Source of the DNA: an uncultured Chroococcidiopsis sp.
GTDB lineage: Bacteria > Cyanobacteriota > Cyanobacteriia > Cyanobacteriales > Chroococcidiopsidaceae
Assembly (NCBI GenBank): GCA_964248365.1
Contig: CAXTYC010000032.1
Span: 1 to 59,940 of the forward strand
DNA: 59,940 nucleotides
Direction: 5' to 3'
In this document: positions 52,438 to 59,940 of the stretch, piece after piece
Numbering within the stretch: position 1 is the stretch's first letter
Layout of the letters: every line of letters starts with the position of its first letter
The notes under the pieces: model-generated
Database searches by the model: none
Told to the model about the DNA's origin: nothing
The model's input: the letters and a program-made list of their open reading frames with translations, nothing else
Translations under genes and position numbers: made by a program

Positions 52438-53325
52438 CTATTGATTTGTTTGTAACTTATTAGCTGTTCTAAGAATTTGTCCAGCTAAGATAGCTGCACC
52501 AAAACCATTATCAATATTCACTACTCCCACCCCAGCAGCACAAGAGTTGAGCATTGTCAAGAGGGGAGCTAATCCGCCGAAATTGGCTCCATAGCCAATG
52601 CTGGTAGGAACGGCAATTACTGGACAATCTGCTAAACCTGCAACCACACTGGGCAAGGCTCCTTCCATCCCAGCTACGACAATTAGGACAGATGCTGACT
52701 CGATGACATGGCGGTTATTTAACAAGCGGTGGATACCAGCTACACCTACATCCCAAAGCCGTTGTACCCTAAAACCAGAAAGTTCTGCTGTAACTGCTGC
52801 TTCCTCTGCTACTGGTAAATCGGCTGTACCTGCAGAAAGAATGCCAATAATACCAGGAATTTTGGATTTTGGATTAGTGTCACGCATAGACGCGTCAGCG
52901 GCTTCTCGCAGAGTAGGCGCAGCGCAAAGAGACGAATTTTCTTGTACTCCCTCAGCTTTCTGGGCTTCCTCAGCTTCCCCAGCCTCCCCTTGCAGCGCAC
53001 ATATTCGAGCCATTGGATAGTAGCGTAAACCAGCAACTTTTTCTTCTAGCTGGGCATATACTTCTGGTTCAATGCGTGTTGCCATTACTACTGAGCTATG
53101 GCGGCGCATTACTTCGATAATTTGAGCAATTTGAGCTGGGGTTTTTCCAGGTCCCCAAATCACCTCTGGAAACCCAGTTCTAAGGGCGCGGTGATGATCG
53201 ATGAGGGCAAATTCGCCCACTGGTTCATAGGACCAATGCTTCAATTTGTCTAAGGCAACATTTGGGCTAACATTGCCCGTAGCAACAGATTCTAGTAGCA
53301 AGCGCAAATTTTCTGGTTGAGTCAC
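52438..53325 (-). CDS. larB: Nickel-pincer cofactor biosynthesis protein LarB / CpmA homolog, with an internal insertion
   Basis: DHHR..RTGFPEVI, AGTADLPVAEEA, DVGVAGIHRL, AGMEGALPSVV, VVNIDNGFGAA. Confidence 0.93.
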   Translation of the reverse strand: MTQPENLRLLLESVATGNVSPNVALDKLKHWSYEPVGEFALIDHHRALRTGFPEVIWGPGKTPAQIAQIIEVMRRHSSVVMATRIEPEVYAQLEEKVAGLRYYPMARICALQGEAGEAEEAQKAEGVQENSSLCAAPTLREAADASMRDTNPKSKIPGIIGILSAGTADLPVAEEAAVTAELSGFRVQRLWDVGVAGIHRLLNNRHVIESASVLIVVAGMEGALPSVVAGLADCPVIAVPTSIGYGANFGGLAPLLTMLNSCAAGVGVVNIDNGFGAAILAGQILRTANKLQTNQ

Positions 53326-53329
53326 AGCA

Positions 53330-53455
53330 GGAACTAGGGGCTAGGGGCTAGGGGCTAGGAACTAGGGAGAGGGGGACAGTGGGAGAGTGGGAGAGTGGAA
53401 GAATTTCACCCCATCACCCCATCACCTCCTCTTCTAGCCCCTAGCCTCTAGCCCC
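53330..53455. repeat. CTAGGGG heptamer tandem repeats with inverted copies
   Basis: (GGCTAGG)n ... (CTAGCCC)n flanking GGGAGAGT and CACCCCAT repeats. Confidence 0.85.
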
Positions 53456-55221
53456 TATTTTGCCACTTTCAGTTCATATTTGTTCCACATGGTTCCTCCT
53501 TGTGAACCCAGGGCAGAGTATTTTACTCCGAGTATGCGATCGCGCACCGCTACTAAGTCAAGTGGATTTACTAAGTATATATAAGGTAAATATTCCTGTG
53601 TCAGCCGTTGCGTCTGGGCATAAATCTGTTTACGTTTAGCTTCATCAAACTCTTGCGCTCCTTTAATATAAAGACGACCTATTTCTTCCTCCCAGTCGGC
53701 TACCTCCCGTCCAGTTAATGGTTCTTGTCCTGGTTGGGGTTTTTGATTAAAGGTATGCAAACCACTATCAGGTAGCCACACATTAGCCCCATCATGGGGT
53801 TCTGTTCCACCGCTGACAAAGCCTAAAAGATAGCATTCCCAATCAAGGGAATTAGATAGCTTGTCTACAAGTATGTTGAAATTCATCGGATTATAATCAA
53901 CTTGAATACCAATTTTGCCCAGGTCTTGTCTAATTTGCGCACCCATTGCTACCCTAGTTTTATTTTCAGTATTCGTAATTAAGGAAAAACGGACAGGATT
54001 ACCATCAGCATCTAATAACTGTTTTCTAGAGTTATATTTAAATCCTGTTTGTAATAGTAATTTTTTTGCTTTTTCTGGATTGTAATCGTAAACTTTTAGC
54101 CCTTTTTCAGGAGAAAGGTAGTAGGGGCTTTCGCTACCAATTGGCGAATTTTGCAATGTACCAACGCCCCTAAAAATATTGAACAATATTTTTTCGCGGT
54201 CAATTGCCATTGCAATAGCCTGTCTAAAAGCTAGGTTATTAAACCAACGAGATTTTATTGGATCAACGACAGGTTGTCCGTTTTTCCTCCGCCCTTTATT
54301 CAGATTAAAAGAAATAAAAGTCTGAGTTAATCTTGGTCCTCCATTGTAAACTGTGAAATTTCCCCGCTTTTCTTCATGCTTGAGTAGGGAGAAATTTTCT
54401 GGAGAGACTTCAACAACATCCAATCCACCAGAGCGAAATTGGAGGGCTGTTGTATCGCTAGATTCAACAATTTGCCAGACAACTCGTTCAATTAATGGTA
54501 ACTGATTACCTTCGCTATCTTTGCGCCAGTAGTGAGGATTACGTCGAAATACTACCCGCTGACTAGGAGTATAACTTTCTATTTTGTAAGGACCATTAAC
54601 AATAATTTTAGCTGGGTCAGTATCTGTTCTCCAAGCAGTTGTAAACTGAGGATTTCCTTGAGAGTCTTTAGTTTTAACAGATTCAATAAGAGCGTGTTTT
54701 GGTAAAATGCCGACTGCATTGGTTGAAGGTCCTGTTGTGGTGGCGAGGAAGGGAGCAAAAGGTTCGGGCAGGATAAATTCAATTGTGCGATCGCCCAACT
54801 TTCGTATTTTTGGAAATGCCCTGCTTTCACCAATTTTTAACCCATCTTTCCAATCAGTGGGAATTTCTTTATTAAATATAATATCTTGATATGTAAACAG
54901 GACATCATCGGCGGTTAGTGGTTCGCCATCAGACCATTTCAAGCCTTCTCGTAGGGTAAAAACAATTCGCTTTTTATCAGCAGAAATTTCCCAATATTGG
55001 GCTAAAGCAGGCTCAATTTCTCCCGTAATACCATTAAGAGTAGTTAATCCTTCCGCAGTAAAGAGAAAAACATGAGGAAATTCTTGGTTCAGAGCATAGT
55101 TAAAAGTTTTTGGATCTCTTAAGGTAGTTGTTACCCATTGGGATACCAAGGTTGCTTCAGTTTTAAATTGTGTAGGGTTGCAACTGGTGAGGGTAAGCTG
55201 AAAACTCAGTAGTAGAGTCAA
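53455..55221 (-). CDS. Peptide/nickel ABC transporter substrate-binding lipoprotein (family 5); 5' end disturbed by repeats
   Basis: DPKTFN, LREGLKWSDG.PLTADDV.FT, FRQAIA.AIDR; lipobox LTSC. Confidence 0.9.
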   Translation of the reverse strand: MTLLLSFQLTLTSCNPTQFKTEATLVSQWVTTTLRDPKTFNYALNQEFPHVFLFTAEGLTTLNGITGEIEPALAQYWEISADKKRIVFTLREGLKWSDGEPLTADDVLFTYQDIIFNKEIPTDWKDGLKIGESRAFPKIRKLGDRTIEFILPEPFAPFLATTTGPSTNAVGILPKHALIESVKTKDSQGNPQFTTAWRTDTDPAKIIVNGPYKIESYTPSQRVVFRRNPHYWRKDSEGNQLPLIERVVWQIVESSDTTALQFRSGGLDVVEVSPENFSLLKHEEKRGNFTVYNGGPRLTQTFISFNLNKGRRKNGQPVVDPIKSRWFNNLAFRQAIAMAIDREKILFNIFRGVGTLQNSPIGSESPYYLSPEKGLKVYDYNPEKAKKLLLQTGFKYNSRKQLLDADGNPVRFSLITNTENKTRVAMGAQIRQDLGKIGIQVDYNPMNFNILVDKLSNSLDWECYLLGFVSGGTEPHDGANVWLPDSGLHTFNQKPQPGQEPLTGREVADWEEEIGRLYIKGAQEFDEAKRKQIYAQTQRLTQEYLPYIYLVNPLDLVAVRDRILGVKYSALGSQGGTMWNKYELKVAK

Positions 55222-55239
55222 GGTTAGGAGAACAGTTAT

Positions 55240-55333
55240 GATCCCCCCTTCGCCCCCCTTAGCAAGGGGGGCGAAGGGGGATCAACTCGTTACCAGGCTC
55301 AGCCTCGTTACCAGTCTCTGGCTGGTAACGAGG
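55240..55333. repeat. Composite palindromic repeats (GATCCCCCC...GGGGGATC plus CTCGTTACCAG...CTGGTAACGAG)
   Basis: 44-bp hairpin at 55240-55283, a half element at 55286-55302 and a full hairpin at 55303-55333. Confidence 0.85.
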
Positions 55334-55369
55334 AGTTTGGCAAAATCGAGATTGGAGGAAAGAAAACAT

Positions 55370-57148
55370 CTAGTCTTCTACCACTTTCAATTCATAAACA
55401 TTCCACAGCGGTCCATTATAGGCAGAATATTTTACATTTTGAATGCGATCGCGTATTGCATCAAGCGAAAGTGGTGTAAATAGATGAATGTAAGGTAAAT
55501 ATTCCTGAGCAAGGCTCTGTGTTTGAGCATAAATTTGTTTGCGCTTTGTCTGGTCTAACTCCTGCGCCCCCTCAATATAGAGGCGACCGATTTCGGCTTC
55601 CCAAGGAGCTACTTCTCTACCTTCTATCGGTGGTTGTCCTGCTGTTGGTTTTTGATTGAATGGATGAAATTCACCGTCAGGCGACCAAAAATTTGCACTA
55701 CCGTTGGGATCAATACCGCCGCCCGTCGTAGCTCCGAAATAAGCTTCCCACTCATAGGTATTACCTAGTTTGTCTCCCAATACGCCAAAGTCAATCGGCT
55801 GGAAATCCATTTGAATACCAATTTTGCCCAAATCTAGCTTCATCTGCGAACCTACTGCATCACCAGTTTTGCTACCAGCAGACGATAACAGTGTGAAGCG
55901 AACTCGATTACCATCAGCATCTAGCAACCTATTTTTGTTGTCATATTTAAATCCAGCACCTAGTAGTAGTTCCTTGGCTTTTTGGGGATTGTAATCATAA
56001 ACTTTTAATCCTTGTTCTGGAGAAAAATAGAAGGGGCTTTTTACCCAAATCGATGAGTGTTGCAGTTCACCCAATCCCCGCAAAATATTGTTAATCATGA
56101 CTGGGCGATTGATGGCGTGGGCTACTGCTTGTCTAAAAGCAACGTTGTTAAACCAGCGTGACTTAATCGGATCTACTAGAGGCTTTCCGTTTCTCCTACC
56201 TTTATTTTGATTGAAGCAAATAAAAGTTGAGCCTGTATCAGGTCCACCGTTATAGATGGTAAATTTTCCCCGTTTTTCTTCATGCTTGAGTAGAGCAAAA
56301 CTGGTAGGACCAATTCCTACAATATCTAACCCTAGAGAGCGAAATTGCATCAAAGCTGTATCGCGGTTTTCTACAATTTGCCAGATCATGCGGTCTATAT
56401 ATGGCTGAGAATTCCCCCCAGCATCCCGCCGCCAGTAGTAGGGATTGCGTCGAAATACTACCCGCTGACTTGGTGAGTAGCTATCTAGCATGAAAGGACC
56501 ATTGGAAATAATTTTCTTTGGTTCGGTATCTGTTCCCCACGTAGACAGAAACTTGAGATTTCCATCTTTGCCTTTAGTTGTGACCGATTCGCGTAGGGCG
56601 TGTGAGGGTAAGATTGGTACTCCGCCAACAGTTCTCAGAAAAGGTGCAAATGGTTCTGGTGTAGTAAATTCTACAGAGCGATCGTCTAATTTGGTCAGTT
56701 TTGGCAAAGCTCGACTCTTACCAACTTGAAGCACATCTCTAGTACTTGTAGGAATGCCTTTGTTGTAGTAAACCTGATTGAAGGTAAATAGGACATCATC
56801 TACAGTTAACGGTTTTCCATCTGACCATTTCAAACCCTCTCGCAGGGTGAAAACAATCCGCTGCCCTTGATCGAGCCAAGATTGGGCTAAACTCGGCTGA
56901 ATTTCCCCTACTTCATTTTCAGCAATTAATCCCTCATATATTGGACCAAAAACATTGGGTGACTCATTGCTCAGAACTACGTTGAAGGTTTTTGGTTCGG
57001 CTGGAATAGTGTATACCAATTGGGGGACTTGGGCGGCTGCGGATTTCAATTCAGCCAGGTTGCAACCAGAAAGAGCGATCACACTTACAAAAGTCAGAAT
57101 TAATGCTAACCACTTACGCCATGTTGTTGGAATTATAGAGGTATTCAT
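55370..57148 (-). CDS. Peptide/nickel ABC transporter substrate-binding lipoprotein (family 5), tandem paralog
   Basis: Lipobox LSGC, EPKTFN, LREGLKWSDG, FRQAVA.AINR. Confidence 0.93.
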   Translation of the reverse strand: MNTSIIPTTWRKWLALILTFVSVIALSGCNLAELKSAAAQVPQLVYTIPAEPKTFNVVLSNESPNVFGPIYEGLIAENEVGEIQPSLAQSWLDQGQRIVFTLREGLKWSDGKPLTVDDVLFTFNQVYYNKGIPTSTRDVLQVGKSRALPKLTKLDDRSVEFTTPEPFAPFLRTVGGVPILPSHALRESVTTKGKDGNLKFLSTWGTDTEPKKIISNGPFMLDSYSPSQRVVFRRNPYYWRRDAGGNSQPYIDRMIWQIVENRDTALMQFRSLGLDIVGIGPTSFALLKHEEKRGKFTIYNGGPDTGSTFICFNQNKGRRNGKPLVDPIKSRWFNNVAFRQAVAHAINRPVMINNILRGLGELQHSSIWVKSPFYFSPEQGLKVYDYNPQKAKELLLGAGFKYDNKNRLLDADGNRVRFTLLSSAGSKTGDAVGSQMKLDLGKIGIQMDFQPIDFGVLGDKLGNTYEWEAYFGATTGGGIDPNGSANFWSPDGEFHPFNQKPTAGQPPIEGREVAPWEAEIGRLYIEGAQELDQTKRKQIYAQTQSLAQEYLPYIHLFTPLSLDAIRDRIQNVKYSAYNGPLWNVYELKVVED

Positions 57149-57656
57149 AAGATTAATCCAGTTGCGATCGCTGCTTTATTTAGAAATGTTTGAGTATTAT
57201 AAAAATATTGGTTCACGCCAACATCTTGCAAAGCGTTTAGAACTTCTGTCTTACCAAAATCATTAGCGTTACCGCTTAAAAATACTTTAACTTCTGTAGG
57301 GTGCAAACGGGCATGATGAGTAATGCAGCTTAAAATTAATTTATCTGTAGGTTCCTCAGTGCTACTTGGCTGCAAGCTTGCCTGAATCATATTAGCAGTT
57401 AAAGCGATCGTCAGAGCTTTCGTTGCTAGTTGGTTAAGAGTATCAAATAGACGTGCCTCAACCTCTTTAAGTAACTCATTATTATCATCAATTGCTTGTT
57501 CTAATTGTGCAGCAAGAGATTGAGCATATAAAGATGTCAAATTTCGTTTAGCATCACTGCAACGAATACGAAGTTCATCACCGAAGCGTCTGCGATACTT
57601 CAAATCGGCTTCCAATGCTGATAAGGCTTCCATAAAGCAAACGCTTGGTATTGCTA
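57145..57656 (-). pseudogene. PIN-domain protein, 5' part cut off by a group II intron
   Basis: Frame extends upstream of the listed ATG as AIPSVCFMEAL up to the intron boundary; D.LIL and FLSGN..DF PIN-type motifs; the N-terminal PIN strand is missing. Confidence 0.65.
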
Positions 57657-57995
57657 GTGCGATTCGTTCTGGAGAAACCTAGAAATGGGAGGATTCCAGG
57701 CAACAGTTGAGTAACCCAACAGGGTAGAGTTCGCACTTTAATCCTCTACTGATGACAACTTACTATCCATGTAGGTGAAGACACCTAGCCGAGCGAAAGC
57801 GAAGATAGCTAGGGGAAAACGGGAAAGGTGAAGGGACACACCGACATCATAACCCAATCCAGAAAACACTAAATCCTATCGCCCTGGTGTGGGGCTGAAA
57901 GCACACAAACTACCAGATAAAACTGGTAGCCCCTACAGAAGAGACTTACCATCAAATCTGTAAAGCGGGGGTGAAAGCAGGAATAGGTGGTAATA
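57657..57995 (+). mobile_element. Group II intron 5' fragment (domain I only)
   Basis: Begins GTGCGATTCGTT exactly where PIN homology stops; purine-rich with GAAA-type loops (GCGAAAGC, GCTGAAAGC); candidate EBS2 TACCA (57947) in a hairpin loop is complementary to TGGTA just upstream of IBS1. Confidence 0.75.
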
Positions 57996-58376
57996 TAGCA
58001 ATCCTAAGTGAGTTGTAAGTTAACCATAGCTGTGTAATTTGGGGAAATCAAACACTCGACCGTCGAGAAATTGCATAAACAGCTGCTTGAGAGATTTGAA
58101 GGATGGACATTGGTAGTAGTGTTGCCGAACATAAGTCTTTGCTTGTAGCCAAATGTCTTCTACTGGATTTTGCTGGGGAGCATTGGGTGCAAAACGCTCG
58201 TCAATGAAGTTGCTCATGCGATTGGGCTTTATCTGCATTGACTGGCTCTAAATACTGCTGCATCTGTTCGGAACGATGGTAAGTAGCACCTGAGCAAATT
58301 ATCACTAAACGCTGTTTGGGGCTTTGTGCTAGCAAGTATTATAGGAATTCAATTGTATGATCGCAGTTACCTTTAG
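57996..58376 (-). mobile_element. IS630-family element, degraded right end
   Basis: Minus strand KGNCDHTIEFL*YLL...IICSGATYHRS...RFAPNAPQQNPVEDIW...FDFPKL (DDE_3 C-terminal half); terminus TAGGATTGCTA abuts a TA dinucleotide. Confidence 0.85.
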
Positions 58377-59766
58377 CCCTCTTTTATCACTTTAGGAAGA
58401 GGAAAAGATGAGTTGTAAGTTTAGCCAATGCACCAGTGGACAAACAAATTGATTCATCTTGCTTTGGAGATGCTCAAATCCAATTCGTAGTGGGGTAATG
58501 GGGAATACCTCTAACCACCGTTTGAGCCAGTTGAAACAAATCAACGGTTGAATCACCAAGCGCAGATTGTTCAGCAGATTTTTCCATCCACTTTGGTTGT
58601 GCCACCAGGCGTGCTGAGTAAACTGCCGATGCGCGAGTGGGCATGAGTGATTGAAAGCATCTGCAAATAAGCTGACCATGAGAAACACACTCATTACTAG
58701 TTCCCACCACTTCTCAATCTGTTTGTAATGGGTCATGCGAAAGTCAGCCCAACCTAAAGCATCTTTGGACTGCTTGAGTCCCTACTCAATCCAGGTTCTA
58801 AAGCCATAGCTCTCACCAATTTCTTTGAGTTTGACCGCAGGTGCAGCGACCATAACGAACGAAGTGGAATTGTCTGGTAAGGTTTGAGGGTTAGTTGTTA
58901 GCAGCCAGTATTGCTTGCAGTGTCGCTTGCCGTAGACAACCGAAGCGCATATAGCGCACTTCAGTCGTGCCATTACGGGCATGTGCGCTCAAACGTTTGC
59001 CACGGCTGCTGGTATACCTCCAGGTCTTCGGGTAGCCATAGGGCATGGTTGCTGCGAATTGCCAGAATGTAGGGCTTCAACTCACCCTTGCACATTCACA
59101 AAGTTAGTTTTACTTTCACGCCCACAAGCTATCTGCTAGCACTAACTCAAAGCAGAAACCCATCGCTTGTAACATCCGAATCATGGTGGCGGCAATTTGT
59201 GGTTTGCCCTGGTACTCATCTCCATCTTTGAGTCGTTCTCGCGGTTTGTACACCTCAAAACTCAACGGTAAAATCATCCCGTCCACTAATCCGTAGGCAG
59301 TGACGGCAACAATGCCATTCTCCTTTTTTCCCACATTACCGATGTATTGTCGTTTAACATAGTCGGTGCTCTTACCCTTTTTGCACTCTCCAGTTTCATC
59401 AATCAATAGAATTAGTGTTCGCCCATTGAGTACCTTGAGAATCAACTCCAACCGCCGCTGGCGTAACTGCTCAGTTGTCCGGAGATTCAGTTAAAAAGTG
59501 ATGCAAGTTTTGATGATTCTCTAGTCCCACCGCTCTGGCAATCGCTGGCAATGACTTACGTTTAATTTCGCGCTCTCATGCCCAGATGTAGCAGTTTAAA
59601 AGCTTCAAAGCTTCGCACTTCGGGAAATAGCCCCTCAAAGAGTTGGCAGTACTCATCAACAAGTCGGATTGTGGGTCGAGCTTCACGCGCGGCAGACATG
59701 GACAACTTAGTATGGAAAGGCCTACCTTTATTTTAAATATCTTCTGCTCAGAGTGATAAAAGAGGG
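58377..59766 (-). mobile_element. IS701-family element with frameshifted transposase pseudogene (59699..58392)
   Basis: Perfect 15-bp terminal inverted repeats CCCTCTTTTATCACT / AGTGATAAAAGAGGG; fragments LIDETG..KKG..TDYVKRQYIGNVGK, LADSL, YG.R.WIE, K.ALGWADFR.T.Y.QIEKWWE. Confidence 0.92.
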
Positions 59767-59940
59767 ATAACTAAGCGTAAATTGTTGAGGCTTCGCCGTG
59801 AGACGGGCCGAACGGATGTTTTTCCAACCGCTGCCTTTATCCCATCTAGGATGGAAATCAAATCTTCTTACTATTGGATTTATCAAACTTAGTGACTTAG
59901 AAGCTGGATCTCGATTCAGGGGGTTGGTATGAAGAGTGAC

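Noticed and set aside
55238..55483. 81-aa plus-strand ORF (MIPPSPPLARG...)
   Set aside because: Translation of palindromic repeats plus the antisense of an ABC gene.
57996..58001. TAGCAA as an intact intron EBS1
   Set aside because: It lies in what looks like the IS630 terminal repeat about 25 nt from the transposase stop, so it cannot be assigned to the intron without an uninterrupted copy.
1..59940. Frequent GCGATCGC octamers as a novel repeat
   Set aside because: This is the well-known cyanobacterial HIP1 sequence.
1..59940. tRNA, rRNA or riboswitch genes
   Set aside because: None recognised by eye; a tRNAscan-SE/Infernal run would be needed to exclude them fully.

Overview
Chromosomal segment of a cyanobacterium: it starts with the psbD/psbC overlap, and HIP1 octamers (GCGATCGC), heptamer tandem repeats and GTAG-type palindromes recur throughout. 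In order it carries: the psbD 3' end and psbC; a secreted DUF4832-type protein with a beta/gamma-crystallin-like tail; an ~18.5 kb Wzy-dependent exopolysaccharide region (five GT4 enzymes, MurJ-type flippase, Wzy, epimerase, PglC-like priming transferase, two GNAT/FemAB-like proteins, a frameshifted HAD remnant, PglE-like aminotransferase, convergent GT-C and Wzc); housekeeping genes (prfC, hemB, hslO, larB/cpmA); two SLH/OprB porins; amino-acid and peptide ABC components; and an AbrB-VapC toxin-antitoxin pair. The end of the window is a nest of broken mobile elements: a PIN gene cut by an antisense group II intron, the intron cut by IS630, and IS630 cut by IS701. The most unexplained structure is an 11 x 21-bp phased array (38123-38353) directly upstream of a small basic orphan gene (37582-38007). 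Repeats inserted into larB and into the 5' end of a peptide-binding lipoprotein gene, and an amber-interrupted methyltransferase, are also notable. Family names are from motif recognition only; no database searches were run.
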